Assembly (NCBI GenBank): GCA_030867685.1
Contig: JAQOWU010000008.1
Coordinates: forward strand, 4,464,001 to 4,528,000
From: Wickerhamiella versatilis
Lineage: Eukaryota
Direction: 5' to 3'
Length of the DNA stretch: 64,000 nt
Both the position numbers and the translations under genes were made by a program. The notes beneath the pieces were generated by a model, which worked only from the letters and a program-made list of their open reading frames with translations, did not search any database and was not told where the DNA came from. Positions 11,090 through 20,674 of this stretch are shown here, one piece after another (position 1 is the stretch's first letter; each line of letters starts with the position of its first letter).

Positions 11090-12184
11090 ATGGTCAGCAT
11101 CTCCTGCTTGTTTTCCACTTTGTTAGCCGCTAGTGCGGCTCCCCTTATCGAAAAACGCGATGGTGACGGCACGATTGGCGATCAGATGGCCAAGCTTTAC
11201 GTTCCCGAGGACGTGATTCAACAGCTTTACGAATACAGTCCACTAAATGACATTCTGAGCGCTGTTTGGGCGCCTAAAGGCTCACAGTCAGCTGCTCCTG
11301 CTTTTTACAATCTCCTAAACGATCAGAATGCCGCAGTCCCCGCTGTTGACGCCAACGCACAGAACAGCGATGGTAACGCACCCTCGATCAATGAGCTTAT
11401 GGGTGCAGCCTCGGCGGCTGAGCAAATGAATTTTTACAGCGCCGGTGGTAATAATCACCTACAACCATACAACCTTCCTAACACGAACAAGCAGCTCACC
11501 GGCTATGACACTGGTACGGGAATGAAGGCGCGTGTTTTCAAGACTGGCGCTGATAAATTGATCATCTCGTTCTCCGGCTGGAATCCTTTGGATCTTCCTG
11601 TGGATCTTGGCACATATACTCAGGATGAGGGTAGTGTTAGTGGTAAGATCAACGAGGGTCAGAAGAATGCCGTTGCATTTGCACGACTCGTTTACTTGGT
11701 GGCCAAACAGGACGGTAAAACGCAACAAGATATCTATGTCTCAGGCCATTCAACAGGCGCTGGCGAGGCCCAATACGTCGCTCAGCAGCTTGGGTTCAGT
11801 GGAGTCGCCTTTGAAGGTACTGGAATTCCCGAAGACTCCAAGGCTGTCGGTAAAGGCTCCAACTTCATAAGCTTCGTCAACTATGGTGATGTCTGGGCAA
11901 GCTATGCCTCTGATGTCCCCGACAACCCTGTCGACGTTATTGGAGGTCCTAAGAAGGGAACCCTTCCACATTACGGCAAGCTTATGATGGTAGGTGATGA
12001 AGGCCATGCAAAATTGCAGCGTGGGGTGCTTCAATTGTTTGGGTGGACAAAAGCCATTCCTGAAGGCGCACCAATTACTTTCCTCATTGACTTCATCAAT
12101 GAACAGGGCCTTGGTTACCATAATATGAATGAAGATGGTAATCTCAAACCTTATTTGGATAAGAAGGTTGGCCAAGCCGTGTAA
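11090..12184 (+). CDS. Secreted alpha/beta-hydrolase, lipase class 3 / Mbeg1-like
   Basis: Signal peptide plus IEKR; 'LIISFSG' oxyanion strand; nucleophile elbow VSGHSTGAG; 'VNYGDV' catalytic Asp region; C-terminal His (GYHNM). Confidence 0.75.
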   Translation: MVSISCLFSTLLAASAAPLIEKRDGDGTIGDQMAKLYVPEDVIQQLYEYSPLNDILSAVWAPKGSQSAAPAFYNLLNDQNAAVPAVDANAQNSDGNAPSINELMGAASAAEQMNFYSAGGNNHLQPYNLPNTNKQLTGYDTGTGMKARVFKTGADKLIISFSGWNPLDLPVDLGTYTQDEGSVSGKINEGQKNAVAFARLVYLVAKQDGKTQQDIYVSGHSTGAGEAQYVAQQLGFSGVAFEGTGIPEDSKAVGKGSNFISFVNYGDVWASYASDVPDNPVDVIGGPKKGTLPHYGKLMMVGDEGHAKLQRGVLQLFGWTKAIPEGAPITFLIDFINEQGLGYHNMNEDGNLKPYLDKKVGQAV

Positions 12185-13030
12185 GGTTAATGGTATCGCT
12201 AGGCCTAATGGTAACAATGATTTGGAATGAGCACACATCAATTGCGTGGCCGTCGTGTAATACCTCCATAGAGTAATAATATACATTTTAAATATCGACA
12301 GAAACTGTCCACAGATATTGCCTACGTTATTGTTCATAAAGGGAATAGTTGAATTAGCTTCAGACTACGAGGGGTGAACGACACCATCCAGGTATTTCAT
12401 GAGACATTTCGATATTCACTTCAAGACCCCCCACAAGGATTCATAACATGATAGATTTCTGACATCCCAGCTACTGCTGGCAGCCTCATATACTCTTCTT
12501 TGGCAATAACCAGTTTCCTTCGACAAATTTCGTAGCTGTCCTCATAAACCAAAAAATACTTTTTCACACAGCCACCGAAATCCTTACCCACTTTGGCTAT
12601 GCAGGACGGCCCCATAATCCTCCAGAGTAAAGCCACGCGGATTCATGCCGCATCCATCGCGATAAGTATTTTGGTAGCTATTGTTTACCACGTTTGCTTT
12701 ATCTATAGAACGGCATATAACTCAGTGCCACGGCATAAGATGTTTGTGCATAAAACACTTCCCAAAGTACCCAGATTTATCCTGTTGACAGGCCAACGAG
12801 CACTAGAGGCACAGGCTTTTCCTGCAGGATTACTGTTCAAGCGCTCGGGCTCGCGGCGATTAGGTAGTTGTGTTACTAACAAGTTAGTGAGCTGCAGCGG
12901 GAAGTGGCCCTACGCTCAGACCTAGATAAGCTGCTAAGAAACGAAAAGCATATGAGCATTAGATGTAGTGCCAATCATACGCGACAATACGTTAGCTAGA
13001 GGAGGTTAACTCCACTGTTACTTTGTACCA

Positions 13031-13050
13031 GTGGGCTATCTTGCATTGCC
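13031..13050 (-). repeat. Dispersed repeat, right-half copy
   Basis: Reverse complement GGCAATGCAAGATAGCCCAC. Confidence 0.7.
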
Positions 13051-13158
13051 CCGGGAATACCCGCTCGCTCCACTCTAGAGCACTGCTATAGTAAATTGTA
13101 ATGATATTTGATATAATCTTTTAATATAATAATAATTATAATACCCCATACCCGCCCA

Positions 13159-13339
13159 ACCTGGAAAAGAATCCGTTTGGATGGTAGTAAACGTGCTAAC
13201 TTGCCTTGCGGGCTCTTTGCATTGTGCATATGTGCCGAGTGCTGGACTTGCGTTGTTATTTTACTCCGCGGCCCGTCGCGAACAATCGACTTTCGATAGC
13301 GTAACCCAGCTTGGGCCAAACGCGCCTTCTTTTCCCGGT
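13159..13339 (-). ncRNA. Putative structured RNA element immediately 3' of the DIP1984-family gene
   Basis: In the sense strand, ACCGGGAAAAGAAGGCGCGTTTGG (13339-13316) can pair with CCAAACGGATTCTTTTCCAGGT (13180-13159): 3+9+7 bp. It encloses 135 nt with small hairpins and periodic GCA triplets, and is GC-rich next to a very AT-rich flank. Confidence 0.55.
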
Positions 13340-13356
13340 CACCTAAAATCAGCTAC

Positions 13357-13806
13357 TTAAAGATCGACTGTCCAGTTGATCTCCTGCAGATGGACCTCGA
13401 GTTCCCTGAGTTGTTTGGAATACCGATCCGTCTGCTTTTGAAGCTCTGAAGCATCCAGAGTGGGCTGCCTTTTGATTTCCGATCTAGTAATCATTCTACC
13501 ATCAACCGTTGCAACAGTGGCAAATTCGCGTAATGAGCAAACCGTCCTGCGAAGAATATCCCGCCGGGCCAATGCATCGGTCAGAGTTGCTCCCTCGAAC
13601 TTTGTTCTCTCGTTACTATGATTTATTGCCGCTATCAGCTCCATCAACTGTCGCAATTCGTCTTTGTACTGACTTAACAGCTTTTGTGGATCCTCCGAAG
13701 GTTTATCACCTTCCTGTACCACTAAGTTACGCCTTATACGGGTTGAGAGCTGATTTAAACTCTTCTCAAGATCACTTCGGCATAGCAGTGCCTCACCAAG
13801 CTTCAT
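13357..13806 (-). CDS. DIP1984-family ('septicolysin'-annotated) bacterial-type helical protein
   Basis: Family signature throughout: MKLGEALLCRSDL...VQEGDKPSEDP...INHSN...LARRD...RSEIK...LQKQTD.YSKQLRELE..LQEINWTVDL; 149 aa, intronless. Confidence 0.88.
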   Translation of the reverse strand: MKLGEALLCRSDLEKSLNQLSTRIRRNLVVQEGDKPSEDPQKLLSQYKDELRQLMELIAAINHSNERTKFEGATLTDALARRDILRRTVCSLREFATVATVDGRMITRSEIKRQPTLDASELQKQTDRYSKQLRELEVHLQEINWTVDL

Positions 13807-14681
13807 CTCCCGATGATACAGCTGAAATCTTTTCCTGAAATATTAGACCTCCGTGCTTTGCTGTGCTGTAATGATTTTTGCAGATCCAGTCACTTAAATA
13901 GCTCAATGTTCAAAAATTAGTCATTTAATGAGCCACAGTGACTGCTTGGGTGTCGTGAGATCAGAAAGAAATAGCCCGCCACTAGGCCCATCAAGAGAGC
14001 CACTTTTAGCCCATCCAGCCTATTTTTTGGCGCTCAGTTAGCTAGTAATTCTGAGCCCTCGAATAATACTTGTTCTGCCCGTTTGTTTGTTTGATCTAAC
14101 AATAGATATTCATCATGACTGCAGGACGCAATGTGAGATTATTGCATATATTGTTACTAAGCCATATTCAAATGATGGGGAAGGTACACTTGCTAGACCG
14201 AGTAGGTAAATATCGGTTCTTTTTTATCGCCGCTCTCAATGGTGGCTTAGGCTGTCTTTTTTGGGGGGGCACATCATGAAACAAGATTCATTAAAGTACA
14301 ATGCTAAATTAGACATTATATACATCTTAGGTACACATTCATAACCACAATGCACTAGGTATTAGCATTTCAATCATTATCGGTACTGAATATAAGCTCT
14401 GGGAATACCAGAACTTGTGTTTTTGGATAACGGTAAGAAGATCTATTCGCCTGTCAAGGTAGGAGATTACCAAACGGGTATAATCCAGGGACTAATACAG
14501 GCCCGTAGAAAGATAATGATGATAAAAATCAATTAAATATAGATTGTTCTTTTCTATGCCCATAATCGCATCTCAATGATATCCCACTGGAGGTGCTTCT
14601 CAATAAGGGACTTTAGCACTGCTGCTATAGGATTTTTTGCCTGTAAAATAATTGAATTCTTAAACATATGAATAATTAATA

Positions 14682-15332
14682 CTATAGGAGGAAGGCGGCT
14701 GCAGCTACAATCGCGAGAGCAGAACCAAGCTGTGTCGCAACCCCACCATTGGCTTCTGGCACCGGCGAGGTCGGTAGCAAAGGAGTCGTTGACGGCAATG
14801 CGGTGATATTTGTACCATTCAGCGAGCTAGTTTGATTTGCTACGGTAACTTCTGATACAACTCTAACTTTGAGAGGATGAGAGTTTGGTATTTTTGTAGC
14901 CAGCAATTCGTAACTCTTCTTACTATACCCATAGGCATCCTTTAGACCTTTTGCGGCATATAGTGTACTACTCCCATTCACTGTCAGATAATTGTCTTTC
15001 ACAAGGACAGGAGTGCCACCAGCGACACCAACAGAGAGAGGATAGAAGTTAATACCTCCCGTAGCGGGCACAGTCAGGTTCCACTTTTTCACCTCAGGAC
15101 CATTCTCACTATCGACTGACACAGGCAAATAAAACTCATTATAGTCTTCGGCATAGGTCAGAACCGAACCCTTTTGTGACAGAAATACCACATTAATACC
15201 CGCACCCTCGTGAAGATATGTCAGGCCCTTATTGCTAAGTTCTGTGTTACTAGACTCAGTAACAAATGATACGTTATAATCAGCTAAAGCAACAGATGCA
15301 ATGGTCAAGAATCTGATTGACGTTGATTTCAT
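14682..15332 (-). CDS. GPI-anchored cell-wall protein, Pga30/Pga31/Rhd3-like
   Basis: Start moved to ATG 15332 (MKSTSIRFLTIASVALA signal); HEGAGIN motif; S/T/P stalk; ANGG plus hydrophobic GPI tail. Confidence 0.78.
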   Translation of the reverse strand: MKSTSIRFLTIASVALADYNVSFVTESSNTELSNKGLTYLHEGAGINVVFLSQKGSVLTYAEDYNEFYLPVSVDSENGPEVKKWNLTVPATGGINFYPLSVGVAGGTPVLVKDNYLTVNGSSTLYAAKGLKDAYGYSKKSYELLATKIPNSHPLKVRVVSEVTVANQTSSLNGTNITALPSTTPLLPTSPVPEANGGVATQLGSALAIVAAAAFLL

Positions 15333-16155
15333 TGGTCTTGGGACTAAGTCACGAAGCGCTACTATATGGCAGTTGGGTGGGCTAGGGTATTGGTTTAAGG
15401 TCGAGAGACTATTAGAGTGAAACAACTTTCCTATAGTTCCTGAATAGGGTTTAAGCTAAGAGTATCTATATATTATCTGATGGTGTGACGAGGATCTAAT
15501 TTAGGAACACCAGAGATGTGCTTTATATTACGAATGGAACGAGGAGGACGATATGCTCCGAGGAAATCTGCTGATAACCTGATTCAAATGAGTGCTTAAG
15601 ATTGGTATATGCTTTATAAAATTTGCCTAGCTGCTTTTCAATTAGTCTAAAAGGTCAAACAGCACAATTAAATACCGTAACATGGAGTTGTCTACCATAG
15701 GCGTAGTGCAAGCTTAAATTTAGCAGTTTAAGTCATAGAATTAGCTAGCTATCTCGCGTAGAAATCCTCATTATAGGGCTATTGCTGGATCATTTGACCT
15801 ACTTGCCTATGTCTATCACCAAATAACACCCTTATTATAAGATGACAAATGTAGATGAAACGATGTCACCTAATCTAAGCTTGGGTATTAGTTATCCGAT
15901 AATGAGCCTGGAGTAACTATCAATATATAGATGTATCACCTAATATAACTTCTTTTCTTACCGTTATTCCCCTAGAAAATTGAAGGTGGTCATACTTGAG
16001 CTCGATGGGTGCAATTTCCGCTCACTTAATTGCTCCTTACACTTACAGGAGTAAAGTTAGATATCTTTGTACATGAACACGGGTAATTCTACGTATTTCT
16101 TGATGATTATCCCTCAATAAATTATTTTATTTTTCAGTCATACCTTTACAATCGA

Positions 16156-18438
16156 CTAACCGGTCAAACCAACTGCACCAGCACGGCCTCCACATCCACC
16201 TCCACATTTGCTACCTGATGAGCAGCCGCCCATTGACGAACAACTCGCATATCCGCCAACCGAACCACCACCACACTCACCTGTATTACAAGCCCCAGCA
16301 CTTATTCTCCCACTACAGGTTCCGCTCACACAATTTCCAACCGCTCCTGGTGAGAAATTAGCACATGCTGGGTTTTTTGCATACATCGAATTATTGTTCG
16401 AAATATCGATGTCACTCATATAAGGTGCGAAAAATGGCAAGTACACGGGCAGAATACCCCACCTCATTAACTCAGCGTCGTAAGATACCCCTTCATGTTT
16501 TGTTTTGGAATCTTTTAGGTTTTCAATAGCAATGTCAATACCGCGTTTTTTGAGTCGTCGTGAAATCTTCTGGAATTGGTTCTTAAGGCGTAACTGGCGG
16601 TACTCGTCTCTGGAAACCCCTTTTGGCAATATCGAATTGTGGGAGGATATGTGAACTCCTCTATCAGGATTTTTCTCAGAGTGGAGCGCCAGTTCATTGT
16701 CGATGGCTTTACTGGATGCTGTAAATTTGAATAATTTCGGCTCAGACGAGGGCAAGGTTGATTCATGAACAGCCTCGCAATACCAGCAAGTGCACGTGCT
16801 GTAGAGGTGACCGCCAGTGAGCCTTTGATACTCCTTACTGGTCCACTCAAACGAATCAGATAGCTTCCCCTCTTCAACTTTGTCATCGTGGTTGATGAGA
16901 CTATCAGTATGGCTTTCACAAAACAGGTAATACCTAAAAGGAGACAACTGATGAGTATGCCATGCAAGATCAACATCCAATGTAGGCACTGCCATTCTCC
17001 CTGCATTACGAGCTATGATCTCCATGAAAATCTTATATTTGGCAATCAAGCGGGCCATTGTTTTATCGACGGCAGGTGAGTTCAGCCAGTCTAATTCATC
17101 CATCTTGGACACAAACGAACCTTGTCGCAGAACTGCGCCAACAAGATCGAGGGCAAATGGCGATGAATTCTCCCAGTAGCGAGACATCATTTTACGAATG
17201 GACATGCGTCTGAGCTGTGCAATCCTCTGCGGAGTCCTATGATAACCTCCCACGAACCTTAGTGTATCACGATCCTGGGATATCTCCATAAATAAAGTTC
17301 TCACGTTGTTCATGGTTAAACGAGGATCCTTGACAAAATCAGTTACTGCCATCATTTTTTCATAGTTAAAGCCCTTGGTTATATAATGGTTCGCAAAGGT
17401 GTGGACTGGAAGCGTCGGTGTAGGCTGAATTAATCCAGAAGAAGACAAAAGCGTACCAGGCATCGGGATGTTTTTAGCAAACAGAGCTTTTACATCATCC
17501 CGGAACTTGGCAATCCGTAATATATCATGCGTTACGACATAAGAGCAATTTGGGCAGCTGTATTCAAGTTTTCCATCTGCAAATCCCTTTCCATCCTTGA
17601 ATGGATGAATAAGGTTACCCGGGCCTTTCGAAGTGGACCAAGGAATTTGAAGTTCCGACCGGCAACAAGGGCATGCAAGAACTTTGAACGGGAAGTCGTC
17701 CTCATTATCCCACGATCTGCCGGTCTGGTTTTCAAAGTTGGCAGCTGTTTTGGGGGGCGGAGCATAATCGAATGTTGGTCTAATACAGTCATTAATTTGT
17801 GCCCATGGAAACCCTGCAGACCAGAACCATACGCGCTGATATCTCAAGCAATCTTCGAGAAAGTCATGGGGATTCAACATGTAAGAGTGCCACACCATAA
17901 TAACGTCAATGGGGGGTAGAGTCTCAGGGGTCCATGGATGCCGTGCCTGTCTCTCCGTAATCGAGAAGTCTGACCTCTCGATATCCCTGACTGTGAGCTG
18001 CTGGACATTTGACTGTATTCTTTTGTGGGGAACACATTTATCCAACCAGGTTTCAAAGCGATCCACGGCGCGACTGACGTACAATTCCCACCTCTTCTCC
18101 CGAAGCAGCGCCAACGACTGTTTACGCATTTCATCATTAGATTCTGCTATTGCGTTATCCCAAAGGTCAAAAAGTCCGTCTCGAGATGAAATCACATTCC
18201 GTAGATCTGAAAAGACGCTCATAAGTTTAAGATGAGCTATACATTCGTCAACGTAGACAGTCTCTTTCTTCATTTTGCTGTGAGATACTGACCCATCGTT
18301 AGGATAAAATTTCAAAGGGCGCATCCTGGTTGCTTCCGTATATGACGGAGGAGGTGTGTCTTTAGCGGAAATGCTTTTGTGGAACATTGTCCTGTTAGAT
18401 GACAAAGTGTCTCTATCACACTGACAACAGGCAAACAT
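16156..18438 (-). CDS. Glycine-rich-domain protein (GRDP/DUF1399 family)
   Basis: LPPIDVIMVWHSYMLNP and VPTLDVDLAWHTHQLSP...HDD motifs, CPCC/CPNC, and a Cys/Gly-rich tail. Alternative start at Met18 (18387). Confidence 0.85.
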   Translation of the reverse strand: MFACCQCDRDTLSSNRTMFHKSISAKDTPPPSYTEATRMRPLKFYPNDGSVSHSKMKKETVYVDECIAHLKLMSVFSDLRNVISSRDGLFDLWDNAIAESNDEMRKQSLALLREKRWELYVSRAVDRFETWLDKCVPHKRIQSNVQQLTVRDIERSDFSITERQARHPWTPETLPPIDVIMVWHSYMLNPHDFLEDCLRYQRVWFWSAGFPWAQINDCIRPTFDYAPPPKTAANFENQTGRSWDNEDDFPFKVLACPCCRSELQIPWSTSKGPGNLIHPFKDGKGFADGKLEYSCPNCSYVVTHDILRIAKFRDDVKALFAKNIPMPGTLLSSSGLIQPTPTLPVHTFANHYITKGFNYEKMMAVTDFVKDPRLTMNNVRTLFMEISQDRDTLRFVGGYHRTPQRIAQLRRMSIRKMMSRYWENSSPFALDLVGAVLRQGSFVSKMDELDWLNSPAVDKTMARLIAKYKIFMEIIARNAGRMAVPTLDVDLAWHTHQLSPFRYYLFCESHTDSLINHDDKVEEGKLSDSFEWTSKEYQRLTGGHLYSTCTCWYCEAVHESTLPSSEPKLFKFTASSKAIDNELALHSEKNPDRGVHISSHNSILPKGVSRDEYRQLRLKNQFQKISRRLKKRGIDIAIENLKDSKTKHEGVSYDAELMRWGILPVYLPFFAPYMSDIDISNNNSMYAKNPACANFSPGAVGNCVSGTCSGRISAGACNTGECGGGSVGGYASCSSMGGCSSGSKCGGGCGGRAGAVGLTG

Positions 18439-18964
18439 ATGCTTACGTTTCAGGTTTACAATACGGCACGATATGTCACATCATGTTGGGAGGTGAGTTG
18501 TTGAGTTGGTGACCACTAAATTGAACTCCCTCTAAGCTACATGGAAGTTCCTTCTATTCTGATTGTGGCAAAAAGTAAGCTTTTTCGAACTTTGCATATC
18601 TGGGTTCCCCAGACCCCTGAAGCAAGCCCTTTCCCAGGAAAAGACAGGTCTGAGACTGTTTAGATAATCAACATAGTGCATTCATCATGAAAGATACCAC
18701 TTAACATATTCGTATGATACGATAATACCAGAGGAGATGGAATAAATCATGTTAACTGCATGTAACCAGCACTAGAAGCAAGTGATCTGTTATATGTGGC
18801 AGGTAAAGTCCAAGCAAGCTTCGACGGGCCGGGAATTACGTGACGTCACACAATGGGATGACGTATGTACTTCGACGTAGGTTCAATTCAATGGTTTGCC
18901 TCTATGACCTTTATGTGCTTATAATATGCCAATTCTTGTCTAAATACTTTTTCAAGAGTAGTAC

Positions 18965-20674
18965 TTAACTGTTACTACAAACCGACAAGTCGGCGCGACG
19001 CGAATAATTTTCTGCTTGCTCTTTTACCTGCCATTGCCAGGCAGGAACCTCCTCTCCCCTGGGTTTATAGCTAATTGTAAATTCTTGTTTTTCTCGGTGG
19101 AGTTGGAGCGTCAGTATTCCATCCTGTTCTCCCTGAATTGCATCCTGCGGAACTGGCTTGACTATCTTGTCGCCATTGCGCACCCCTGCCCTCTCTGCGG
19201 CAGAACGGGAAATAAGGCCGCGAACAATGCGAGGGCTTTCGGCTAGCACAGCCGGCTCAAATCCTAGTTCATATCGACGTAGCGGTTTGCTTACTCTTTC
19301 GAATCGAGACCCAAATGCATCGCTGGATGGAAGTGGTACTGATCCTTTCAGCATATCATCCACGCATTTAACCGCATTATCCCCCAAGTGAGCCTTTAAA
19401 GCATTTTTCCAATCGACTAGAGTAATATTTGGCTTCTTTTTGTGCAGTCCCAGCATTTCGTATATCAGTGTATCGAGTGATTTCTTGCCGTTACTGGATT
19501 TTCGCATCGCATCATCAACAGTCGCGAAATAGAAAAACCCGCGGTCATAGGGGATGGTTCGTATTCGGGTGTCTTTCCAGAAGCCCTTGTTCACCTCACT
19601 GTTCGGTATATCGGCGAATACATTTGTATAGTAGCGTCCTGCATAGTAGTTGAGTGCATTCAGAAAAGCATCTGACTCAATCATATTAAAGCGAAAAGGA
19701 AGGGCTAATTCGTAAAACACTGCAGATCCTTCTTCAAACCACTCAGTTGTATCATTGTCACCAGGGCTACTGAGCGTGGGCTGGAACGTGTGGAACATCT
19801 CATGCGCAAGGGTAAGTTTCAATTCTGCAGGATTATTACCATGATCTGTATCGTACGTCTGCACAAAAGAGTCTAGTAAAGCTACCCCACCCCCTGCATT
19901 GACCTTATTACGTCGAACAAACACACAGTACCCTGGAGACCCTCCACCAAAAAAGACCTTATAATGCTCATAAAGTTTTTTGGTCCAGCTTAACAATTCT
20001 GTTGGACTAAATGGTGTGCTTCCCTGCCAAGCGGAACAGAAGCCTGAACCATCTGGCAATTCGGGATATACGCCTATATTACCACCCATGAAGTAGCATG
20101 AAGTTAGTTCCTCCATATCAACCCAGCGACCGCCTTTTTCCAAAATACTGCATAATCCATGAGCCCGAGACGAGATGGAACTCAGGTCCCAGTGCACAAC
20201 CACTTTGTACGTACCCGCGGGCGGATGAATCAAGAAGTTACCAGCGCATCCCGAGACTGCACCCTCCTCGGCACGTAGGTCAAGAGGAGGAGCCGCACCT
20301 CGAGGCGAAATCTCATTAGTTGGCACAATATTATAGCTAAAATGTAGCCGCCCGGATATATTACGTGAAGGGTACCAGTAGCGGCATCCTGTGTCTTCAC
20401 CCTCATCGAAATAAGAGAGTTTCAAATGACCAGCATCATCACTAGCATCAATTTCATGCACCTGCATGGCACATGTTGGTGTATTGATGTTCCAATGGGA
20501 TAGCTCGAGCAAACGCGAAAGTCCCTTAGCAGCGTTAAAAGGAATCTTTTGTTCCACGGTAATACGACTCGGCCCCTGTTGGGGGCACGGCTCAATCCTT
20601 ATCAGGATCTCATAAAGATCTTCTTGCAGTGTGTGTGCAGATCCATTGCTCTCAATGATCGTCCAAGGCTCCAT
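18965..20674 (-). CDS. M61-like zinc metallo-aminopeptidase with C-terminal PDZ-like domain
   Basis: LAHEMFH (HExxH), downstream WFEEG..VFY third ligand, 'PYDRGF' motif, 'VRGLISRSAAERAGVRNGDKI' PDZ-like tail; no signal peptide. Confidence 0.8.
   Translation of the reverse strand: MEPWTIIESNGSAHTLQEDLYEILIRIEPCPQQGPSRITVEQKIPFNAAKGLSRLLELSHWNINTPTCAMQVHEIDASDDAGHLKLSYFDEGEDTGCRYWYPSRNISGRLHFSYNIVPTNEISPRGAAPPLDLRAEEGAVSGCAGNFLIHPPAGTYKVVVHWDLSSISSRAHGLCSILEKGGRWVDMEELTSCYFMGGNIGVYPELPDGSGFCSAWQGSTPFSPTELLSWTKKLYEHYKVFFGGGSPGYCVFVRRNKVNAGGGVALLDSFVQTYDTDHGNNPAELKLTLAHEMFHTFQPTLSSPGDNDTTEWFEEGSAVFYELALPFRFNMIESDAFLNALNYYAGRYYTNVFADIPNSEVNKGFWKDTRIRTIPYDRGFFYFATVDDAMRKSSNGKKSLDTLIYEMLGLHKKKPNITLVDWKNALKAHLGDNAVKCVDDMLKGSVPLPSSDAFGSRFERVSKPLRRYELGFEPAVLAESPRIVRGLISRSAAERAGVRNGDKIVKPVPQDAIQGEQDGILTLQLHREKQEFTISYKPRGEEVPAWQWQVKEQAENYSRRADLSVCSNS

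Noticed and set aside
13086-13319. 77-aa ORF downstream of DIP1984
   Set aside because: Non-ATG start, runs into low-complexity AT sequence (IIIIIL); the region is better explained as a structured non-coding element.
13807-13811. GGGAG just before the DIP1984 ATG as a relic Shine-Dalgarno site
   Set aside because: Zero spacing to the start codon and only 5 nt; could be chance.
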